Below the pieces are notes generated by a model, which did no database searches, was not told the origin of the DNA, and saw only the letters and a program-made list of their open reading frames with translations. From NCBI GenBank assembly GCA_963555995.3, contig OY821641.1, positions 960,001-1,024,000 of the forward strand: a stretch of DNA of 64,000 nucleotides, written 5' to 3'. Positions 28,292 through 36,058 of this stretch are shown piece after piece (the first letter of the stretch is position 1; each line of letters opens with the position of its first letter). The DNA comes from Vicinamibacteria bacterium (lineage in GTDB: Bacteria > Acidobacteriota > Vicinamibacteria > Marinacidobacterales > Marinacidobacteraceae). Both the position numbers and the translations under genes were made by a program.

Positions 28292-28906
28292 ATGACGGAG
28301 CCCGTGGACGAAGCGACCACCCACCGGGAACGGATGCGGACGCTCCAGGCGGAGGTCCGGGAGAAGCGCGCGGCGGCGAGCGACCCGGACCGCGGGCTGG
28401 TGCTGGTCCACACCGGGGACGGGAAGGGGAAGTCCAGCTCCGCCTTCGGGGTCATCGCGCGGTCGCTCGGCTGGGGCCGGAAGGTCGGGGTGGTGCAGTT
28501 CATCAAGGGTAACTGGAAGACCGGCGAGCGGCAGTTCTTCGAGCGCTTTCCGGACCAGGTGGTCTGGCGCACTATGGGCGAAGGGTTCACCTGGGACACT
28601 CAGGACCGCGCCCGGGACATCGAAGTGGCCGCCGGCGCCCTCGCCGTCGCCCGGGAGATGCTGGCGTCCGGAGATTTCGACCTGGTCGTCCTCGACGAGA
28701 TCAACGTCGTGATGAGCTTCGACTACCTGGAAACGGATGCGGTCCTCAAGGCGCTCGGAGCTCGCGCGCCCAGGACCAGCGTGATCCTGACCGGCCGCGG
28801 CGTGCCTCCCGAGGTCACGGAATACGCCGACCTGGTCACCGAGATGCGCGAGGTGAAACACCCCTTCACCACCGGCATCAAGGCCCAGCCCGGCATTGAC
28901 TACTGA
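28292..28906 (+). CDS. cobO: Cob(I)yrinic acid a,c-diamide adenosyltransferase
   Basis: GLVLVHTGDGKGKSSSAFG, VVQFIKG, MGEGFTW, LVVLDEIN, LTGR, ADLVTEMREVKHPF..GIKAQPGIDY. Confidence 0.96.
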   Translation: MTEPVDEATTHRERMRTLQAEVREKRAAASDPDRGLVLVHTGDGKGKSSSAFGVIARSLGWGRKVGVVQFIKGNWKTGERQFFERFPDQVVWRTMGEGFTWDTQDRARDIEVAAGALAVAREMLASGDFDLVVLDEINVVMSFDYLETDAVLKALGARAPRTSVILTGRGVPPEVTEYADLVTEMREVKHPFTTGIKAQPGIDY

Positions 28907-28920
28907 GATCCGGCCGACTG

Positions 28921-28973
28921 GGACCGCCGGTCTCCAGACCGGCATCGTCCCCCGTCAGGGGGACGAAACTCCC
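28921..28973 (+). repeat. REP-like two-hairpin repeat
   Basis: GGACCGCCGGTCTCCAGACCGGCA-TCGTCCCC..GGGGACGAAACTCC, same subtype as the 23787 copy. Confidence 0.82.
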
Positions 28974-29083
28974 GTCGCTGATCCGCGGTATGGCGCAACG
29001 TCGGGCGGCGTGGCGCGACATCACACGGAAGGCCGTTACGCCGTGCGGCGTACTGACTCACGCCACCTACTCGGTCCTCAATC

Positions 29084-30034
29084 CTAGGTCAAGCCTTCCG
29101 TACCCATTGCCGTCACATGCCGCGCAGTGTCGTCGGCGACAACAACTCGCATCGCTCTGTTTCCCCAGGTCACTTTCCCAGTCTTTCCGAAGAGATCACC
29201 CTCGGCTGACTTCCCAAGGCCGTAGCCGTCGCGAAAGTGGATCGAAACTACCCAGAGGTGACCAAACCGAGCCGGATACCAAAGTGGTCCGCCCCCGAGC
29301 CTCATTTCACCCCCCCTCTCAGCAAGGGACTCCACCCACTCGTAGAACGACGTGTCCCGACCTCTCGGAAGTAGCACGAGACGGCTTCCCATCTTGACTG
29401 CCCAACACGGCCTCTGTTCACAGTTCATCAGAATTCCGTTTACGTCCCCGAATTCAGGTGGAGCGTCACGAGAAAAATGGCGGATTATCTCCTGACTCGG
29501 TTCCACAATCTGCCTGCGGACATGTTTGATGGCCTCTCCCTTGGCGTACAGGTATCCATGTTTTCCCAGCAAGGAAAATACAGAAAGATATGCCGCCTTC
29601 AACCACGAAACACTTGTGTAGTGTGGCGCGGCGACTCTCCCCGTCAAAGTGATGGTCCTTGCGGAGCGAAGTGACCTGCTAAAGACCTCCTGTGGTACAC
29701 GTAGTTTTGACAGATGAGAGCTGATATTGCCTCGTTCGTCTACCGATATGCGCGCGGTGTGAATCGGAATACCTTGGATTTCCAGTTGTACCTTTTGTTC
29801 GCGTTGAGACTCTACGGTTGCCATTTCCATTCGGCTGGCGCTGTTGTTGCACTTGCTACAGGTGAGGCACATCGCGAACCCACCAGCGTTGAATGCCTTG
29901 GGAGGAACGTGTTCGAGCGTTACTCCTTGGCCCTTCTGAACAGCCGACTCTGTGAAACCATTCAGGCAGATGGGGCACCGATCATTGCCTGAAGCGAACA
30001 GGTCAAGCCGTATTTTTCGTGACGTTCGACTCAT
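29084..30034 (-). CDS. Zinc-binding HNH endonuclease-domain protein
   Basis: CPIC...TLEHVPP...CLTCSKCNN; visibly lower GC than the flanks. Confidence 0.78.
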   Translation of the reverse strand: MSRTSRKIRLDLFASGNDRCPICLNGFTESAVQKGQGVTLEHVPPKAFNAGGFAMCLTCSKCNNSASRMEMATVESQREQKVQLEIQGIPIHTARISVDERGNISSHLSKLRVPQEVFSRSLRSARTITLTGRVAAPHYTSVSWLKAAYLSVFSLLGKHGYLYAKGEAIKHVRRQIVEPSQEIIRHFSRDAPPEFGDVNGILMNCEQRPCWAVKMGSRLVLLPRGRDTSFYEWVESLAERGGEMRLGGGPLWYPARFGHLWVVSIHFRDGYGLGKSAEGDLFGKTGKVTWGNRAMRVVVADDTARHVTAMGTEGLT

Positions 30035-30136
30035 CAGAAAATTCAGTTCCAGGACGGAGCGAAGCGGATACTACAGACCGACCCTAATCTGGACCGGGCG
30101 AAAGATGAAGTAGGCAGATGCCGCCCCGCCGAACGC

Positions 30137-32959
30137 TCAACTTCCGGAGACGCGAAGGGACCGGCGGCGTTTGCGTTTCTTCTTGGTAGCGGCGGCGGTC
30201 AGCGGGGCGCGGAGACGTTCGTACAGGGTGAAGAGATGTTCGACGCGCTCGCGCTCGGAGCGGAACGGGCGGGGGCGGTAGAGGCGGTCCACGGCGCGGT
30301 CGAGCGCTCGGTGGGCGCGGCGCAGTTCGACGGGCATCAACTCTGGATCGTAGAGGTCCGCGAGGGTCGCGCCGGGGTGTACGGCGCGGGCATCAAGGAC
30401 GGCTTGGGCGAGCGAGTCGAGGGGAGCCAGGTCCGCGTCCTTCGGGGGCAGTGGGAAAGCGTTGTAGACGAGACCGATTGAGTACCGATAGCGGCTCTCC
30501 AGTCGTCCGCCGATGTGACGCAGCCAAGCCATGTGCATGGTGGACGTCAGCAGGGCGAAGGTTGCCTTCTCGGCACCGAGCAATATCTTCAGGGCATTGC
30601 TGGGAACGACCGGGGGCTCCATCCAAGCCATCGGCGCATACTCGCGCCGCTCAGAGCTTGTTTCCGGGACTACGAGGAACGGTGCTGACGGTATGACGTT
30701 GACGTGATACAGCGTTGGGGTTTCAGCCAGATCCCGGGTTGACGCGGCCCGGCTTGCCAACCGGACAGCCTTGACAGCAGCGATCCGTCGGCGGACTTCC
30801 GGGAGCTGTCGCAGCGTCTGTGGCGGTGCATCGTGGAGCGCCAGAATCCAGCGATCCCCACCCTGCAGGAACTCCCGGCTTCCAACGTAGGGCCGGAGGA
30901 ACTGTGCAGCAGCGGGCTCGCTTGCGAGTAGGTCAACCCTCTCCTCCGCATTGAAGATGTAGTTCCCACCGTCAATCGGTTTGGACCCAATGACCAGCTT
31001 TGGGAGACCGTTGATCGGCCGGCTCTCCTCCCGCACCACCAGGTGCGGATCGGCCAGCCCACCCGCATCGAACAGGTACGGCGACAGCACCGCGTGGGCG
31101 CTCTCGTGCGGATCGCCCTTCACGTCGTCGTACGAAAACAGCCGCCGCGCCGCCGGAACCCCCTCCCGGTCGTCCAGCCCGATGATGACGACATGCACGT
31201 GCGCCATCCCCCGCGCGTCCGAGCCCCACGCGAACGTCCGGTGCGCGAAGGCGATCTCCAGCCCCGAGCGCCCGAACAGGATCGGCCACAACTGCGCCAC
31301 CTGCTCGCCCTGCGTGATCGAGTTCGTCGCCACGAAGCCGATCCGCGCCCGCCCGCCCGGCGGGCCGCTCTTCCCGACGTACTCCCCTGCCCGGAGGAAC
31401 CACGCCGTCACGTAGTCGAGCGTCCCCCCGGTCCCGCCGAGCGCCGCGATCCGCCGGACCTGCGCCCGCTGTTCCGGTGACTGGAACTTCGCGCCCCCGA
31501 ACGGCGGGTTCCCGAACACGAAGGAACAGTCCTCCGCCGGCAGCAGATCCTCCCAGTCCATCTCCAGCGCGTCCCCGCAGTGGATGTGCGGGGAGCGCTT
31601 GAGCGGAATGCGGGCGTAGGACTGGCCGAACTCGAGGCTGAGCTCGTTGTTCATCAGGTGGTCCATCATCCACAGCGCCACCTCGGCGATCCGGGCCGGG
31701 AACTCCCCGATCTCGATCCCGTAGAACCGGTCCACGTCGAGCCGGGACAGCGAACTCACGTCGAACTGGAGGACCTGCCGCTCCTCGCTCCCCAGCAGTT
31801 CGCGGAGCACTTCGAGTTCCAGCCGCCGCAGCTCGCGGTAGGCGATCACCAGGAAGTTGCCGCAGCCGCACGCCGGATCGAAGAACGTGAGCCGGCCGAG
31901 CTTCTCCTGGAACTCGCGCAGCCGCGGGAGCCGGCCGCGACGGAGCGCCTTGATCCGGGCGAACTCCCCCCACAGATCGTCGAGGAAGAGCGGCTCGATG
32001 ACCTTCAGGATGTTCCGCTCGGTGGTGTAGTGCGCGCCCTGCTGGCGGCGCTGCTCCGGGTCCATCACCGACTGGAAGAGCGAGCCGAAGATCGCCGGGG
32101 AGATGCTCGACCAGTTGAACCGGCAGGCCGCGAGCAGGTGCTCCCGCATCGCAGAGTTGAAGTCGGGAATCGAGATCCGCCCGGCGAAGAGATCGCCATT
32201 CACGTAAGGGAACCGGGCGAGATCCTCGTCGAGCGTGGCGGAACGGGCCTCCTCCGGCGTGTCGAGGACCTCGAAGAGGCGCACCAGGAGAGGGCCGAGG
32301 TCCATCCCGTCCGGTCGGGTCCGCGTCTCCACGAAGTCGAGCAGGATGTCGCGCGGCTCGAAGACCCCGGTGTCGTCGGCGAACAGGCAGAACACGATCC
32401 GCACCAGGAAGCGTTCGAGGTCGTGGTCCGGATACCCGGCGTCCCGCAGCGAGTCGTGGAGCCGGCCGACCAGCTCGGCGGCCTCGATGTTCGCCGGGTC
32501 CTGGTCCCGGAACGTCCGGCTCTCGACCCCGAGGATGAACCCGAACTTCTCCGCGTGGTCCGGCAACTCGTCGAGCCGGAAGGCGGCCACCTCCCGCTGG
32601 AGGAGGTCGTGGAGCTCGAAGTGCCGGAAGTCGCTCACCAGGATGTAGCGCGGCCGGTCGCGCTCGGAGAGCGCGTCGAAGTAGCTCCCGGCCTGCTCGT
32701 AGGCCGCCCCCAGGTCGCGGCCCGCGCTCTTCTGCTCGACGATCAGGACGCCCGGCCAGAAGAGGTCAATGAACCCCCTCGTGTCGTCCAGCTTCGCCAC
32801 CCGCTCCTCGTAGCGGGCCACGGACTCCCGGCGCACTCCGAAGATGCGGAAGAAGTCGTTGTAGAAGCTCTGCGTCTCGCCCTTCTCGTAACCGGCGTCC
32901 GCCCACTTCCGGGCGAAGGACGCCGCGCGGGCGCGGATCTCGTTCCAGGAGAGGCGCAT
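30137..32959 (-). CDS. MmeI-like type IIL restriction-modification enzyme (endonuclease-methyltransferase-TRD fusion)
   Basis: FIDLFWPGVLIVEQKS (nuclease), GAHYT, FFDPACGCGNFL, GNPPF, FVATNSITQGEQ, SSERREY, GGRLESRYRYS, LADLYDP. Confidence 0.93.
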   Translation of the reverse strand: MRLSWNEIRARAASFARKWADAGYEKGETQSFYNDFFRIFGVRRESVARYEERVAKLDDTRGFIDLFWPGVLIVEQKSAGRDLGAAYEQAGSYFDALSERDRPRYILVSDFRHFELHDLLQREVAAFRLDELPDHAEKFGFILGVESRTFRDQDPANIEAAELVGRLHDSLRDAGYPDHDLERFLVRIVFCLFADDTGVFEPRDILLDFVETRTRPDGMDLGPLLVRLFEVLDTPEEARSATLDEDLARFPYVNGDLFAGRISIPDFNSAMREHLLAACRFNWSSISPAIFGSLFQSVMDPEQRRQQGAHYTTERNILKVIEPLFLDDLWGEFARIKALRRGRLPRLREFQEKLGRLTFFDPACGCGNFLVIAYRELRRLELEVLRELLGSEERQVLQFDVSSLSRLDVDRFYGIEIGEFPARIAEVALWMMDHLMNNELSLEFGQSYARIPLKRSPHIHCGDALEMDWEDLLPAEDCSFVFGNPPFGGAKFQSPEQRAQVRRIAALGGTGGTLDYVTAWFLRAGEYVGKSGPPGGRARIGFVATNSITQGEQVAQLWPILFGRSGLEIAFAHRTFAWGSDARGMAHVHVVIIGLDDREGVPAARRLFSYDDVKGDPHESAHAVLSPYLFDAGGLADPHLVVREESRPINGLPKLVIGSKPIDGGNYIFNAEERVDLLASEPAAAQFLRPYVGSREFLQGGDRWILALHDAPPQTLRQLPEVRRRIAAVKAVRLASRAASTRDLAETPTLYHVNVIPSAPFLVVPETSSERREYAPMAWMEPPVVPSNALKILLGAEKATFALLTSTMHMAWLRHIGGRLESRYRYSIGLVYNAFPLPPKDADLAPLDSLAQAVLDARAVHPGATLADLYDPELMPVELRRAHRALDRAVDRLYRPRPFRSERERVEHLFTLYERLRAPLTAAATKKKRKRRRSLRVSGS

Positions 32960-33224
32960 GGCGGCGGCGTATTGTGGCAGAGGACCCGACGGGCCGCTCC
33001 GCGCTGGAGACAATCGGAACGCACGGCGGCAACTAGCGCTCGACGTTCCCCTGAGTTACTCCCACCACGAGCCTCATAGTGACTCCACTCCAGTGACGGA
33101 TCCCATCTACGATGACCGGAAGGACTCCACTCAGGATCTCTGCCGTAGAGAAGGCTCCGACTCCCAGAGGATTGCATCATCTGGGCTCTTGGCCCAGAAA
33201 ACAAAAACAGGTGGACCACATTGT

Positions 33225-33384
33225 TGGGTAGTTTTCCGTTCCGGACAACGACAATTCGGGGCGGTAGAACCCCTCGAAGGAGGCCGACATGTCCAGACGA
33301 CTCCGGCGGAACCATTCGCCGGCATTCAAGGCGAAGGTAGCGATGGCGGCGGCCCGAGCCTTATGTGGACGCGGAACGAGGTGA
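33225..33384 (+). mobile_element. Truncated left end of an IS3-family insertion sequence
   Basis: AGGAGG RBS then ATG 33289 MSRRLRRNHSPAFKAKVAMAA, the typical IS3 OrfA start; similarity ends after about 22 codons, stop at 33384; left boundary approximate. Confidence 0.78.
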
Positions 33385-33513
33385 TGGGAGTATCCACAAG
33401 AAGCCGATCCGCACGGGGCAAGGGCGCGGAAAAGCATGACACGGCATGTGATCCGAGACGGGGTTGGTAGTGACTTACACTGGGGGGCTCTTGGACCCAC
33501 TAAGCTAACTACC

Positions 33514-34998
33514 ATGAAGCCGACAACCGAGGCCATTACAAGACCGGGGACCTTCGTAATCAAGCCGATAGGGGCGATTCCGGGGACCCTAACGATCGAC
33601 GGAAGAAACACCGTCCTGTATCTGTGGTCACATCAGAATTTCGAGGTAGATCCCGAGCTCAATAGCACAATCGCTGGAATCCTCGACGACGGACGACCCG
33701 TGTCGCTGATTCGAACCGTACTCACAAGTCATGAGACGAACTTCACAAAGCACGGGCTTTCCCAGAGGATTCGACTATTCCCAAACTATGTGGTCATCGG
33801 TTCGGATTCCGTTACTGATGCCTCGGCCTCCATATCGTCAGTGTCCTTTGAAGTAACAGATGCTCCAACACTGTTCTCTGACCATGAGGCGTTCGGGATC
33901 GTGCATACGAGTAAGGATCTTCTGACAGAGATAGTCAAGGAGAATAAGGGCGATATTTCGTATGAAATAGGAGATTTGCCACTCGTTGCATACTACACGG
34001 GGAAGAGAGAACTATTTCATGCAGAATGCGCAAACTTTGGAGTATCCGGATGGCACGGCATCGGATGGGTAGCTTCTGTCGCAGGAGGCGTGAGGATCAA
34101 CAGCACTCCTCACATAGGGGTCACATTCAAGGATCCGGTTCGTGTCTCGGAAATGACGAAATCTGTAAACGTAGTGGTCCAATTTCTGGAGGCGATGGTC
34201 GGTAGCGTACAGAATGTGGGCGAGATGCATGTGACTGGTCCAATCGGAGGCGAGGACCATGTCGTCGAGTTGCATGACAATACACGTATCCGACATGAGA
34301 TTACTCGTGATGTGCGAGGCAGAATCCCATTCGATGATCTCATAAAACCCGTTCAGCAGCGGGGGGACTTCGAGAGCGTATTGACGCAATGGATGAGTCG
34401 AGACGCGAGTTGGAGCGATGCCCGTTGGCGAGTCTTGATGGGATGGAGACCACCGATACGCTATGGCCCGGATCGTTTGATCAGGGCAGCCAACGCCTTC
34501 GATCTTGTTCCCACGGCGGGCGTTGATGAGCGGCGAGAGTTGCCAAGCGCGATTGCGATCGTGGTCCAAGAGACGAGAGCTAAGTTCCGCGCATTGGATC
34601 CCTCTTGGGAGAGGACCCAGGTACTTAACGCCTTAGGGAGACTGAAGCATCTGTCGCTGAAGAACAAGGTCGCGCGGAGAGCAGAAATAGTGAATGGTTT
34701 GATTGGTGACAATCTCACAGATCTTGTAACGGTCTCAAACAGGGCAATTGACCTGCGAAATGTATACGTTCACGGCCCGTCTGGGCGCCCGAGTGACGAA
34801 GTACTCGAGCAATTCGTTCCGTTCCTGACAAACACCCTTGAGTTCATATTTGTTGTGTCGGATCTTGTCGAGTGCGGCTGGTCGTTCCGTGACTGGTATT
34901 TCGGGAGAAGACTGCGTGGGCACCCGTTTGGCCTCTACATTCGAGACTATGCGTATTGGCAGAGGCAGCTTGAAGCCGCAGTCAGCACTTCGCGATAA
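33514..34998 (+). CDS. ApeA-like protein (ApeA N-terminal domain + HEPN RNase)
   Basis: PGTLT..., GILDDGRPVSL beta-rich N-terminus; C-terminal SLKNK...LRNVYVHG (Rx4H); low GC. Confidence 0.8.
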   Translation: MKPTTEAITRPGTFVIKPIGAIPGTLTIDGRNTVLYLWSHQNFEVDPELNSTIAGILDDGRPVSLIRTVLTSHETNFTKHGLSQRIRLFPNYVVIGSDSVTDASASISSVSFEVTDAPTLFSDHEAFGIVHTSKDLLTEIVKENKGDISYEIGDLPLVAYYTGKRELFHAECANFGVSGWHGIGWVASVAGGVRINSTPHIGVTFKDPVRVSEMTKSVNVVVQFLEAMVGSVQNVGEMHVTGPIGGEDHVVELHDNTRIRHEITRDVRGRIPFDDLIKPVQQRGDFESVLTQWMSRDASWSDARWRVLMGWRPPIRYGPDRLIRAANAFDLVPTAGVDERRELPSAIAIVVQETRAKFRALDPSWERTQVLNALGRLKHLSLKNKVARRAEIVNGLIGDNLTDLVTVSNRAIDLRNVYVHGPSGRPSDEVLEQFVPFLTNTLEFIFVVSDLVECGWSFRDWYFGRRLRGHPFGLYIRDYAYWQRQLEAAVSTSR

Positions 34999-35129
34999 CG
35001 TGAGCCGGACAGACGGCACATTCGGCGCCCCCCGAGTAGGTGGCACTAGATCACGGAAAATGGTGGCAGAAAGTGTGAGCGTGCAGCCGACCAATCTGGC
35101 CAGAGGGCGATGCCGAGCTCGGGTCGTCC

Positions 35130-35609
35130 GGCTCCCGACTTGTGGACCGCCAGAAGATCGAGGTAGAAGCCGAACCCGCCCGGACGTTTGCTCCCATCCA
35201 GCGGATCGGCCGCCGGCAGGGGTGGTACTTCGCGACCTGGCTCTGGGTTCTGCGGGGTTTCCTCGACCTGCTGGCGGGCGGCGTAGGGATGCGGCGGGGC
35301 CGCCGGCCTCCGGTGAAACTCCGGGCAGGAGACCCGCTCGACTTCTGGCACGTGGAGGCATGGGAGAAAGATCATCGCCTCCGGCTCCAGACGGAGATGA
35401 AGGTGCCGGGCCGGGCCGGGCTCCAGTTCGAGGTGGAGCCGACCGCTGGCTGCAGCCGGATCACCCGGACGGCGGTGTTCGACCCCTTGGGGCTGAGTGG
35501 GCTTCTCTATTGGTACGGGCTCTACCCGATCCACCGGCTGATCTTCCGGCGGATGCTCCAGGGGGTGGCGGCGCGAGTGAAATCACTTGATCCACCGCTG
35601 TCGCACTGA
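35130..35609 (+). pseudogene. C-terminal DUF2867 fragment of a YbjT-like oxidoreductase gene
   Basis: GSRLVD..IQRIG..GWY..WLW.LRG.LD.L.GGVGMRRGRR..GD.LDFW.VE..EMKVPG.A..LYWY..YP.H..IF..M; no N-terminal Rossmann domain and no clear RBS. Confidence 0.7.
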
Positions 35610-35788
35610 CGCGCCGTCCCATGGGCGGGTAATTGGGTTCGTTCGACGGGGGATCAATGCAAGAATGTGCGATTGCTTTCCGCAACCAGTGGGCGGTCGA
35701 CACGAGAAGAAGCGGGACGCGTTGTTGACCGTCGAACTCGGGACAAGGGTCCCGGACGACGCTCGACCAAACAGCGAAAGGAACCGCA

Positions 35789-36049
35789 GTGAGGTATCGA
35801 TTGGACGAGTCCGACAGGACGCTGGATATAGATGACAATGGCACGTGGCATATTGGTCCTGGCAGGACCAAGGTCGTGTTGGAACTGGGATTTGGGCAGC
35901 TAGATTTGCAGCCCGGGGCTGGCCAAGTCGTTGTGAACGGGGGGCATGGCCAGATCATCGTTCATCCGAGCGAGGGTCAAGTAGTTCTGTTTGCTGGTAG
36001 AGGTCAGATAATCCTCGACGGCGAGAAGATCCACGATGGTCAAGAATGA
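35789..36049 (+). CDS. Small hypothetical protein with five 9-residue GQ repeats
   Basis: AAAGGA RBS before GTG; GQLDLQPGA/GQVVVNGGH/GQIIVHPSE/GQVVLFAGR/GQIILDGEK. Confidence 0.65.
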   Translation: MRYRLDESDRTLDIDDNGTWHIGPGRTKVVLELGFGQLDLQPGAGQVVVNGGHGQIIVHPSEGQVVLFAGRGQIILDGEKIHDGQE

Positions 36050-36058
36050 CCTCACGTC

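Noticed and set aside
33081-33165. GACTCCACTC direct repeat (33081, 33123) and a degenerate third copy as a mini-array or att site
   Set aside because: Only 10 bp, two good copies, irregular spacing and no recombinase nearby
23960-36049. Prophage, integron or ICE
   Set aside because: No integrase, structural, replication or conjugation genes, and no attC-like sites recognised
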